Part shown: positions 1 through 8,495 of the stretch, in pieces
Layout: each line of letters starts with the position of its first letter
Numbering within the stretch: the first letter of the stretch is position 1
DNA from: Deltaproteobacteria bacterium
GTDB taxonomy: Bacteria > Myxococcota > Kuafuiibacteriia > Kuafuiibacteriales > Kuafuiibacteriaceae
Length of the DNA stretch: 64,000 nt
Reading direction: 5' to 3'
Assembly: GCA_040218735.1 (NCBI GenBank)
Contig: JAVJQW010000062.1
Span: 224,001 to 288,000, forward strand
Made by a program: the position numbers and the translations under genes
The notes under the pieces: model-generated
Databases searched by the model: none
What the model saw: the letters and a program-made list of their open reading frames with translations, nothing else
Told to the model about the DNA's origin: nothing

Positions 1-829
1 CGTCGCTGGCGTTCCCTCCTCCGTGAGGGGATCGCGTTCGTAGGGAAGTAGCCGCCACCGCGCGGACGCTCCGGCCGACGTCGGTCTCCATGAGCTCATC
101 CGAGAGCGTACGCAGGGTGATGCTCGTGCGCCGCGCCGTGATGTCGCCGGGGAGGATGCCGTGCAGCCAGCGGTACCGAGCCGCGCCGAACAGCACGAGC
201 AGGGAACGCGCGGGGAGCGGGACGCGGATGCGTCGTTTGGCGCGCTCGAGATCGTCGATCGATGTCCCCGGTACGAACGTGAGCGCCGCGTCGGACTCGA
301 GCGAAAGATCGAGGATGACCTCGCCGTAGGCGAAGGTGTCGTCGGCGTGCAGGTCCAGGTTCGACTGGCGTTCGGGTTCGTAGCGGAGCACGAACGCGTC
401 CGTGGTCTCGAAACCAGCTGCGACGGCGAAGGACTCGCGCGCGAGGGATTCGATCCCTCGAATATAATCCGGCAATCCTTCGAAACCCGCGAGGCGCAGC
501 CGGCGGTGCTTGAAGCTCACCTTCGGACCGAAGTGCTGCTTCCGCTTGCCGCTCTGCGCGGGGCGCCACGGCGTTTGCTCGATGCGCGCGAGGAGCGCGG
601 CGGCCGACGCTTCGTCTACGGCGTCACGAAGGACACAAACCCCCGTGAAGTCCGGCGCCGTCGGCACGCGCTGCGATTCGAGGTCGAAGTCGTGCACCTC
701 GCAGGCAGGCAACTCACGCGGCGGGAACATCCCGGTTGCTCGACGCAGCGCCGGGTCGCGACAAACGGCGCACCAGCGAATGCCGGTGCAGACACAGGTC
801 TTGTCGGGGACCACGGCGTCGGCGAGCAC
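1..829 (-). CDS. AlkB-family Fe(II)/2-oxoglutarate dioxygenase, ALKBH4-like (3' end runs off the window)
   Basis: Not in the ORF track because there is no stop in the window. Manual translation from GTG 829 (or 814): CVCTGIRWCAVC...FTGVCVLRDAV...PWRPAQSGKRKQHFGPKVSFK...LRYEPERQSNLDLHADDTFAYGEVILDLSL...LPARSLLVLFGAARYRWLHGI...RRTSITLR, giving the HxD...H triad and RxSxTxR 2OG-binding motif. Confidence 0.85.
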   Translation of the reverse strand, partial: MLADAVVPDKTCVCTGIRWCAVCRDPALRRATGMFPPRELPACEVHDFDLESQRVPTAPDFTGVCVLRDAVDEASAAALLARIEQTPWRPAQSGKRKQHFGPKVSFKHRRLRLAGFEGLPDYIRGIESLARESFAVAAGFETTDAFVLRYEPERQSNLDLHADDTFAYGEVILDLSLESDAALTFVPGTSIDDLERAKRRIRVPLPARSLLVLFGAARYRWLHGILPGDITARRTSITLRTLSDELMETDVGRSVRAVAATSLRTRSPHGGGNASD

Positions 830-855
830 ACCTCACCGACGCCGTCGGTGGCAAC

Positions 856-2850
856 CTACGCGTCCTCGACGATGACGAAGAACGCGAGGTCCAGGACGCA
901 GGTCGGCATCTCCTGCTTCACGGCGATCATCTCCCCGCGGACGAGATCGCGCGTGAGCTGGATGATCGTGCCGGAGCCGTTGCCGATCTCCGTCGCCGTC
1001 TTGTCGAAGATGCGCACGGTGGCGCCGGGGATGAGGCCCTCCGTGACGAGCACCGTGTCGTCGCCGTGGTGCGGCGTCGCGATCTTCACCACGACGTTCT
1101 GCGGACTGCACGCGACCGGCGGCGGCAGGTCCAGCGGCTCGGACGTCTCTTCACAGAGCTCCTGCGTCCCGACCAGCAGATCCGTCGCGACGAGCGGTGC
1201 GCCGAGGTCGTAGTCGACCACCCGGCGGAACGGCCACGAGGCGTCGTCGAAGTACGTCGTCATCGCGCCCGGAGCGACGTTCTGCAGCTTGATGTGTGCG
1301 CCCTGCACGATGGACTCGATCGTGACGAGCTCCTGCCCGATGATCGGCGGCGCCATCTGCATCGTCGGCAACGTGTCCGGCGCGTCGACCGCGGCTTCGC
1401 GGTTCGACCAATCGCTCGTGTCGGCGCAGAGCGTCTGCTGCGCCTCGAAGCGATCGCCCACGACAAACGGTCCGTCGGCGTACAGCCGCATCGCCGTGAG
1501 GCGGTAGCCGCTCTCCTTGGACTGCAGGTGGGTGCCGCCCGCGGCGCGCGTCTTTCGCACGGTGACCGTCGCGCCCGGGACGTGCTGAACGCCGACGGAC
1601 TTCGCGCACTCGTACACGGGCGTCGCGACGATCTCGGGCGCCGGGAGGCCCATCGGGTAGTCGTCGGTGTGGTCGCGCACGAACGTCAGCACGGTGATCG
1701 AAGAGACGCCACCGACCGTCTGCTTCACGCCGATCACCTGCCCCGTCACGAGCGGAGCCGCCAACTCGAACACGTGTTGGCCCGGGGAGCGCGTGACGGC
1801 CGCGGCGGTGGGCACGCCGCCGATCGACAGCTCGAGCAGAGCGCCCAAGCGCGCGCTGCGAACGGTCACGAAACGCGAACAAGCGTACGGCGGCTCGACG
1901 AGCGGAGGCAGCACCGGGACGTCGTCGGGCGCCTGGAAGGGGCCGACCCATCCGCCGTCACCCGACGTGTTGCACGCGGCCTGGAGCCACCCCTTGTGGT
2001 CCGCGTAGTCGGCGATGTTGCCCGCGGGCGGCATGGTCGGCGTGGCGGCGCCGTCGCCGACCGCGTTGTCGAGCACGATGCTGCAGTAACCCGGGTACTT
2101 GTCGGAGATCAGCGGGAAGCGGCCGGCGTTCGCGGGGGTGTGGCAGCTGTCGCAGCGCTGGCCGGTGGCCGGTCCGAGCTGGTCGAGCGGCGCGGGGTTC
2201 GGGACCCAGTCGGGGTGGTCGGGGATGATCGGCGTCGGCCACACCTGCGGCATGAACGATCCGACCACACCCTCCGCGGCGATGAACTGCGGGTCGAAGG
2301 GGTGAACGACGAACGGGTTCTCGCCGGCGTGGCAGTCGGAGCAGATCCCCTCTGGGTTGCCGACCAGGTCGAACCCGCCGATGAGTTTGTCGATGCCAAT
2401 GGCGCCGATCGACGGGAAGTCGCTGTCCTTCGCGTCCTCGGGTCGCGCGAAGAAACACACGTTGCCGGTCTCACGTCCCATGCAGATCATCCCGAGGATG
2501 TCGGGCTCATGGCCGATGCCGCGACGCGGGAGCGCCAGGCAGAGCCCCTCGGGGTTCGTAACGTCGTCGTAGGCGCCGAAGTCGTGAATCGACCACAGGT
2601 CGGCGTCCCTCGTCGGCTCGACGAAGGTCTCGGCGAGGTCGCCGTAGAGCGTCCAGCCCCGGTCGAGATCGAGCACGGTCTCGGGGACCGGGACGCCCGC
2701 GTTGCGGCACTCTTGGACGTAAGCGGCGCCGGTGTTCATCGTCGCGATCTTGGCGGCCGCGATCGTGGTGCGCTGTTCGGGGGGCTCGGCGGTACAAGCG
2801 GCGAGCGCGAGGAGGAGGGTCGAGAAGCGGAGTTGTTTCGCGGTGAGCAT
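856..2850 (-). CDS. Lipoprotein with two c-type heme motifs and four C-terminal beta-rich repeats
   Basis: Lipobox LALAAC; CSDCH and CDSCH; about four repeats of the form P..P.Y.C...V.V....GA.V.V. Confidence 0.7.
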   Translation of the reverse strand: MLTAKQLRFSTLLLALAACTAEPPEQRTTIAAAKIATMNTGAAYVQECRNAGVPVPETVLDLDRGWTLYGDLAETFVEPTRDADLWSIHDFGAYDDVTNPEGLCLALPRRGIGHEPDILGMICMGRETGNVCFFARPEDAKDSDFPSIGAIGIDKLIGGFDLVGNPEGICSDCHAGENPFVVHPFDPQFIAAEGVVGSFMPQVWPTPIIPDHPDWVPNPAPLDQLGPATGQRCDSCHTPANAGRFPLISDKYPGYCSIVLDNAVGDGAATPTMPPAGNIADYADHKGWLQAACNTSGDGGWVGPFQAPDDVPVLPPLVEPPYACSRFVTVRSARLGALLELSIGGVPTAAAVTRSPGQHVFELAAPLVTGQVIGVKQTVGGVSSITVLTFVRDHTDDYPMGLPAPEIVATPVYECAKSVGVQHVPGATVTVRKTRAAGGTHLQSKESGYRLTAMRLYADGPFVVGDRFEAQQTLCADTSDWSNREAAVDAPDTLPTMQMAPPIIGQELVTIESIVQGAHIKLQNVAPGAMTTYFDDASWPFRRVVDYDLGAPLVATDLLVGTQELCEETSEPLDLPPPVACSPQNVVVKIATPHHGDDTVLVTEGLIPGATVRIFDKTATEIGNGSGTIIQLTRDLVRGEMIAVKQEMPTCVLDLAFFVIVEDA

Positions 2851-2937
2851 TTCGTCTCCCCACGTGCGCCGGTGCGCCGCGATTTATCCGACGAACTGAC
2901 CGCGGACGTCGCGGCCTTTCGTGGGAGGATGCCAACG

Positions 2938-3588
2938 ATGGAGCTTCGGCAGGTCGAGTACGCGACGTTCGTCGAGTGGCCGAGCGTCGCGGTCGCCGAG
3001 CTCGACGCGGACGTCCGGGCGAAGCTCGATCGATTCGGCGAGCTTCAGCGCAGCGGCGCGGACTACGTCGGCAACTCCGTCGACTTCACGCGGCGCTACG
3101 TCCTCGACGACGGGCGAACGCTCTACTTCCCGGAGCTGCTCCGGCCCATGACCGCAGCGACGGCCGTGCCGCTGGCGCTGGGGATCGCCGGCCTGTGCGC
3201 GCTGATCGCCGGGCTCTCGATCGACACCAAGGACTTCGCGTACGCGCCCTACCTCGCGGCGGGCGGCGTGGCGGCGATGGTCGCCGCGTTCTTCGCGTTC
3301 GGTCGGGCCGGCGCCGACGACGCCGCGCGACGCGCGACCGTGGAGGACATCGGGCTGTACCTCTTCGACGATGTCATCGTGCTTCGCCACCCCGAGCGCG
3401 TGAGTGTCGTCCCCCGCGCGCGGGTGACGCGCGCCGTATGCGCGAAGGAACGCAACGACACCCGCAACGCCCTCGACCCGTGCCTCGAAGTGCTCGACGG
3501 CGAACGACGCGTGCACGTGCGCATCGGCGGCACGCAGGAGCTCGTCGACGTGATCAACGCGTGGCTGGGTGTCGACGGCCGCCCGTAG
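2938..3588 (+). CDS. Hypothetical membrane protein (two TM helices)
   Basis: 3' part of the 736..3588 ORF; GGGAGG RBS at 2923-2928 before ATG 2938; two hydrophobic segments. Confidence 0.65.
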   Translation: MELRQVEYATFVEWPSVAVAELDADVRAKLDRFGELQRSGADYVGNSVDFTRRYVLDDGRTLYFPELLRPMTAATAVPLALGIAGLCALIAGLSIDTKDFAYAPYLAAGGVAAMVAAFFAFGRAGADDAARRATVEDIGLYLFDDVIVLRHPERVSVVPRARVTRAVCAKERNDTRNALDPCLEVLDGERRVHVRIGGTQELVDVINAWLGVDGRP

Positions 3589-4377
3589 CTACGGAACGGA
3601 GCGAATGACGAGCGTGTAGAAGCCGATGTCGCTGGTCTGCGCGGTGACGAGGAGCGTCGTCTGGCCGGGGGGCACGTAGAGGGCGCAGCTCGGGACGTTC
3701 GAGCAGTACACGCCGGACGACGTGCCGTTCGAGACCGTGACACCCCAAGTGCCGCTGCCGCCGCCGGTGATCGACGCGCAGAACGGATCGCCGGGACTCA
3801 CGCTGATGAAGTAGGTGTCGGGCGTCCCGACCGACGCGCTATCGGAGATCGTCTGCGTCACGAGGCCGGGCTCGTTGCAGGTCACCGGCGGTGGGCCGCC
3901 GGCGTCGCGGGGGCCGCCATCGCGGGGGCCGCCGTCTCTTGAGCCACCGTCGCGGGGGCCACCGTCTCTCGGGCCGCCGTCGCGGGGACCGGCATCCCGC
4001 GCGCTCCCACCATCGACCGCGACGCCACCGTCGCGCGCATCGCCGCCGTCGAGCGGGTCGCCGCCATCGCGCCCGCCGCCGTCGGCCGGGTCACCGCCAT
4101 CGCGAACGCCACCGTCGAGCGCGTCGCCACCATCGCGCCCGCCGCCATCGTGCGCGTCGCCGCCATCGATGGCACCGCCGTCACGTGAAGCGCCGCCGTC
4201 GATCTCGCCGCCATCGCGGGCGACCTCCGCTCCGCCGTCGCGCAGGCCACCGTCGCGCGCGCCCGTGTCGTCGCCCCCCGGCACCGCGTCGCCGGAGCAC
4301 GAGGAAGCGCCGAGCCCGAGTAGGACCGAGAAGCACAGAAACGAAGTGCAAAGCCGCGGGCTCCGGGCGTCGACCAC
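3589..4377 (-). CDS. Putative lipoprotein with DGG-repeat stalk and small Cys-containing C-terminal domain (PPC-like)
   Basis: Signal ending LGASSC; many xDGG repeats; C-terminal DTYFISVSPGD...YTLVIR. Confidence 0.65.
   Translation of the reverse strand: MVDARSPRLCTSFLCFSVLLGLGASSCSGDAVPGGDDTGARDGGLRDGGAEVARDGGEIDGGASRDGGAIDGGDAHDGGGRDGGDALDGGVRDGGDPADGGGRDGGDPLDGGDARDGGVAVDGGSARDAGPRDGGPRDGGPRDGGSRDGGPRDGGPRDAGGPPPVTCNEPGLVTQTISDSASVGTPDTYFISVSPGDPFCASITGGGSGTWGVTVSNGTSSGVYCSNVPSCALYVPPGQTTLLVTAQTSDIGFYTLVIRSVP
3895..4275 (-). repeat. Coding low-complexity repeat (RDGG/RDGGP units)
   Basis: Imperfect 15-18 nt units encoding DGG repeats. Confidence 0.75.
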
Positions 4378-4460
4378 GGCGCGATCTTAAAGCCTCCCGC
4401 CATCTGCGGCCCCGGACGATCGTCCAACCGCCGAACGCTCACGACCGCCCACGTCGGCGC

Positions 4461-6629
4461 TCACGGATCGATCGGGGTGTTCCAAGGCGGCGGGAGCCCC
4501 GGGATCGGGAGCGGGAACGGCGGCAGCGGATCGAACACCGGCCGCGCCCCGGTGTCGTAGGCACCCGCATCGCACCGCTCGAGCCGCGACGCGCGCCGCG
4601 TGAAGCCGCGCTGGTCGGGGCCCGGGCAACGGAACGCCGACGTCGCGACCATGTTGTCCACGGCCGGGCTCGTCGCGGCGATCGCATGCGTCATCGTCGC
4701 GCCCGCGTTCCACGCGAGCGGTCCGAGCTCCGCGTCGAGGGGCGCCGACGCGCTCCCGACGTCGTCCCGTGGGGTGCCTACGTAGCTGATGTCGTCGATG
4801 TCGCAGTCGCTCGTCACCACGCCGATGACGTTGCCGCCGTACGAGTCGATGCGTGCCGTCGCCGCGCAGTCCGGCGAGTAGTCGATGTCGAGAGGCTGCC
4901 GGTGATCGTCGTTGTCAGCGACGATCGAGTTGGCGATCGCCATGTTCCCGACGTTGTGGATCCCGCCGCCGGTCTGCGCCTCGTTGCCGAACGATGCGGC
5001 GGCCGTGTTGGCTTCGTTGTTCGCGACGGTGCTGTAGCTCATCCAAAGGCCCCCGGGATTCGTGCTCCCGGCGATGTTCAAGATTCCGCCCCCGCGCGTG
5101 ATCGCCCGGTTGCCGCTGATCGTGCTGTTCACGATCGTCGCGTCGCCCCCGATGTTCGCGAGGCCCGCGCCGCGCGTCGCTTGGTTGCCGTGGATCGTAC
5201 AGCGATCGAGCAGGAGCGTCCCGCCGTTCATGATGCCGCCGCCGCTCGCGGTGATGCCGCCGCCGGTCTGGGTTTGCGTGATGCGGCTGTGACTCACCGT
5301 CGACCGAACCAGCGAGAGGGTGCCGTGGTTGCGGATCGCCGCCCCGAAGGTGCGTGCTTCGTGGTCGGTGACGACGGTGTCCGTGATGTCCACGACGACG
5401 CCCGGGTCGATGTAGATCCCGCCTGCGGTTCCGTAGTCCACGTTCTGTCGGCCGCCGCGCACCGTGACGCGGTCGATGCGCACCGTCTGGCCGTCGCCGA
5501 GCCCGGGCACCGAGGTGACACATCGAATCCGCGGGATGCCGGCGGTGACGCCGTCGAGGAACACGCCGAGGAAGGCGCCGGTGTCGGCGTCGTAGCGGAG
5601 GATTCGATTGTTGTGCCAGCTCAACACGAGGAGCTCGTCGTTCGGCGTGATGAACATGCCGGCGGGGCCGTCGAGGCCGCCGCTGCCCGCCGACACGAAC
5701 GCGCCGAGGGGCGCGCCTTGGTAGTCGTAGGCGAGGATCTCGTTCGAGTAGTAGCTCGCCACGAGGAGACCTTGGTGCCCGCGGATGACGTCGGTCGGCC
5801 CCGAGAGCCCGCCGCCCGCGGCCGCGACGCGCTCGTACTGGCCGTCCTCGTCGAACCCCAACACGGCGTCCGTTTCGAAGCTCGCGACGGCGAAGCCGCT
5901 GTAGGCGAGGAGCGCCGACGCCTCCGAAAGCCCGCCGCCCTGGCTGCTCCCGAGGAGCGCGCCCGTCTCGAAGTCGTACCGGTAGAGGCCGCCGAGGGAG
6001 CCGCCCTGGGCGACGTAGAGGATCTCGTTCTGGCCGTCGAACCCGGAGCTCGCGTCCACGAACGATCCGCTGTTCGACGCGACGATGGTGCCGAGCAAGG
6101 CGCCGGTTCGGGCGTCGTAGCGGTGCACGCCGCTCGCGACACCGGACACGAGCAGCTCGTTGCGGGTCGGAGTCCGGGTGACGTTCGTCGCTTGCGAGAC
6201 GCCGTGTGACGCGGGAACGAGCTGGCCGCGCAGGTTTCCGAAGAGGTCGTAGCGGTCGACCTCGTCGGTGCCGCACACGAGCACTTCGTCGTAGTCGATG
6301 CTGAGCACGCGCGAGTCCGTCCCGGCTTCGATGAACGTGACGCCGGACCCCGACCCGACGATGTCGACGTCGGAGCGAACGGGGAGCGCGCCGAGGCCGA
6401 GCCGGTAGGTGCCGCGCCCGAGGACGATGCGGTCGTGGCCGGGGCGCGCGTCGGCTTCCTGCACGGCGGCGCGTAGGGCGCAGCGGCCAAAGCTGGTGAG
6501 GCAGACGCCGTCGCCGGGGTCGGCGTCGGAGGCGTCGGTGAAGGTGTCGACGGTGAAGGTCGCGGCCTGGCTCGACGCGGCAAAGCCGACGACGAGGGAG
6601 GCGGCGGTCGAAGCGATCAATCTCTGCAT
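4461..6629 (-). CDS. Secreted CSLREA/choice-of-anchor Q protein with inserted NHL-like beta-propeller
   Basis: Signal peptide MQRLIASTAA...QAA; DGVCLTSFGRCALRAAVQEA; repeats RYDxxTGAxLG; GGGIxNxG beta-helix repeats; LGPLAWNAGATMTHA...DQRG...CDAGAYD. Confidence 0.8.
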   Translation of the reverse strand: MQRLIASTAASLVVGFAASSQAATFTVDTFTDASDADPGDGVCLTSFGRCALRAAVQEADARPGHDRIVLGRGTYRLGLGALPVRSDVDIVGSGSGVTFIEAGTDSRVLSIDYDEVLVCGTDEVDRYDLFGNLRGQLVPASHGVSQATNVTRTPTRNELLVSGVASGVHRYDARTGALLGTIVASNSGSFVDASSGFDGQNEILYVAQGGSLGGLYRYDFETGALLGSSQGGGLSEASALLAYSGFAVASFETDAVLGFDEDGQYERVAAAGGGLSGPTDVIRGHQGLLVASYYSNEILAYDYQGAPLGAFVSAGSGGLDGPAGMFITPNDELLVLSWHNNRILRYDADTGAFLGVFLDGVTAGIPRIRCVTSVPGLGDGQTVRIDRVTVRGGRQNVDYGTAGGIYIDPGVVVDITDTVVTDHEARTFGAAIRNHGTLSLVRSTVSHSRITQTQTGGGITASGGGIMNGGTLLLDRCTIHGNQATRGAGLANIGGDATIVNSTISGNRAITRGGGILNIAGSTNPGGLWMSYSTVANNEANTAAASFGNEAQTGGGIHNVGNMAIANSIVADNDDHRQPLDIDYSPDCAATARIDSYGGNVIGVVTSDCDIDDISYVGTPRDDVGSASAPLDAELGPLAWNAGATMTHAIAATSPAVDNMVATSAFRCPGPDQRGFTRRASRLERCDAGAYDTGARPVFDPLPPFPLPIPGLPPPWNTPIDP

Positions 6630-6642
6630 GGGGCCCGACTTC

Positions 6643-6657
6643 GCAAACGCGATGCCA
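6643..6657 (-). promoter_or_regulatory. Putative sigma54 (-24/-12) promoter for the CSLREA gene
   Basis: Minus strand TGGCATCGCGTTTGC (GG-N10-GC), 13 nt upstream of ATG 6629. Confidence 0.5.
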
Positions 6658-6795
6658 CGCCGACGGGGCTCATCGCCCGTGCTTGGCGGCGTGCGAGGGC
6701 GGCGAATCGCTCGGTCGCGCACGTGCGCGCACCGGGGGGAGCGCAAGAATTGGAGCGTTGTCGGCGCCGTCGTGCTACGCGGAGCGACGACGTCC

Positions 6796-8382
6796 ATGCC
6801 CGTCCAGACCCCCGAAGCGCTCCTGCCGCTGTACGAAGAAGGCCTCCTCGACGAGGTCATCCGTCCGCTGATGAGCGGTAAGGAGGCGTCGGTGTTCCTC
6901 GTGCGGTCGCGCGGGATGGAGTGTGTCGCGAAGGTCTACAAGGACGCGCAGCACCGGACGTTCCGTCAGCGCGCCGCGTACGCGGAGGGCCGCCAGGTGC
7001 GGCGCTCGCGGCAAAGACGCGCGCTGCAGAAGGGGAGCGCGTACGGCAAGTCGCTGCTCGAGGCGACGTGGCAGAACGCGGAGGTCGACGCCCTGCTGCG
7101 GCTGCACGAGGCCGGCGTGCGGGTGCCGACGCCGTACCATCACGCCGAGAACGTGCTGTTGATGGAGCTGGTGACGGACGCCAACGGTGATCCGGCGCCG
7201 CGCCTGGACGACGTGGACCTCGACGTCGAGACGGCGACGCTGCTGCACGAGATCCTGATCCGCGACATCGTGGCGATGCTCTGCGCGGGCCTCGTGCACG
7301 GGGACCTGTCGCAGTACAACATCCTCGTCGCGGCCGACGGCCCGGTGATCATCGACGTCCCGCAGGCGACGGACGCCGCGACGAACCGCAACAGCGAAGC
7401 GATCTTCTTGCGCGACGTGAAGAACGTGACGCGCTTCCTCGGCCGCGCCGCACCCGCGCTGCTGAAGACGCAGTACGGCCCGGAGATCTGGGACCTGTAC
7501 GCGCGCGCGGAGCTGCGACCCGACAGCGAGCTGACGGGGCGCTTCCGCGCGAAGAAGAAGCGCGTCGACGCCGCGGACGTGATCGCGGAGCTGCGGGACG
7601 TGGAGGCGGAGCAGCGACCGCCGAGCGCGTACCAGCTGAAGAAGCAGCGCCAGGCCGAGGCGCGGGCGGCCGAGGCGCGCGCGGCGCCGGGTCGCGGAGA
7701 GCGTGGCCGCGACGACCGCGAGGAACGCGGCGGCGGACGAGAACGCCAGGAGCGAGACGGCGGACGCTCGGGCAACAGACGCGACGGCGGACGTGAACGC
7801 CAGGAGCGCGACGGCGGACGTGCACGCCAGGAGCGCGGCGGCGGACGTGGACGCCAGGAGCGCGGCGGCAGACGTGAACGACAAGAGCGCGGCGGCGGAC
7901 GTGAACGCCAGGAGCGCGGCGGCGGACGCAAGCGCCAGGAGCGCGGCGGCGGACGTGAACGACAAGAGCGCGGCGGCGGGCCCGCGCGCGATCAACGCGA
8001 CGGCGGGCGAGCGCGCGCTCAACGCGACGGCGGGCCCACGCGGGATCAACGCGACGGCGGGCCCACGCATGATCAACGCGGCGGCGAGCGAGCGCGCGAT
8101 CGACGCGACGGCCGGCGAGCGCGTGATCAACGCGACGGCGGGCGCGCACGCGATCAACGCGACGGCGGGCGCCCGGGCAACAACCCCGACGGCGGGCGCC
8201 GTGGCGACGAACGCGACGGCGGGCGTCATGCCGTGAAGGCGCCTCGCGCGGCGTCCTCGGGCGCTCCGAGCGCCGACGACGCGCGGGACGCATCGACGCC
8301 GGCCGCGAAGAAGCGCCGACGGCGCCGCTCACGCCGCGGGCGCGCAGCGGGCGCCGCGAAACCCCGAGAATCGTCGCCCTGA
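6796..8382 (+). CDS. RIO1-family protein kinase with long Arg/Gly/Asp repeat tail
   Basis: LMSGKEASVF, AKVYK, GVRVPTP, LLMELV, LVHGDLSQYNIL, IIDVPQA; ATG at 6796. Confidence 0.9.
   Translation: MPVQTPEALLPLYEEGLLDEVIRPLMSGKEASVFLVRSRGMECVAKVYKDAQHRTFRQRAAYAEGRQVRRSRQRRALQKGSAYGKSLLEATWQNAEVDALLRLHEAGVRVPTPYHHAENVLLMELVTDANGDPAPRLDDVDLDVETATLLHEILIRDIVAMLCAGLVHGDLSQYNILVAADGPVIIDVPQATDAATNRNSEAIFLRDVKNVTRFLGRAAPALLKTQYGPEIWDLYARAELRPDSELTGRFRAKKKRVDAADVIAELRDVEAEQRPPSAYQLKKQRQAEARAAEARAAPGRGERGRDDREERGGGRERQERDGGRSGNRRDGGRERQERDGGRARQERGGGRGRQERGGRRERQERGGGRERQERGGGRKRQERGGGRERQERGGGPARDQRDGGRARAQRDGGPTRDQRDGGPTHDQRGGERARDRRDGRRARDQRDGGRARDQRDGGRPGNNPDGGRRGDERDGGRHAVKAPRAASSGAPSADDARDASTPAAKKRRRRRSRRGRAAGAAKPRESSP
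7720..8225 (+). repeat. 27-nt coding tandem repeat (RERQERGGG then RARDQRDGG, roughly 18 units)
   Basis: Visible 9-aa periodicity, e.g. cgcggcggcggacgtgaacgccaggag. Confidence 0.85.
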
Positions 8383-8495
8383 CGGCGCTGCAAGATCGGT
8401 TGACGAGGGTTTCGAGCCGGATCGTCACGTGGTCTTTGCTTGCGTGGTCGGGTCACGAACGATACGTGCGGCCCGCGTTCGCGCAGGGCTTCATC

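Noticed and set aside
96-569. 157-aa minus-strand ORF from the track
   Set aside because: Wrong frame; the overlapping frame encodes the AlkB-family motifs
736-2937. N-terminal 730 aa of the 950-aa plus-strand ORF
   Set aside because: Antisense to the diheme lipoprotein; the real gene starts at about 2938 with its own RBS
7703-8236. Repeat array as a CRISPR or as a separate NARSAAADV-repeat protein
   Set aside because: Tandem 27-nt units have no unique spacers and no cas genes; the alternative-frame ORF is a by-product of the kinase tail repeat
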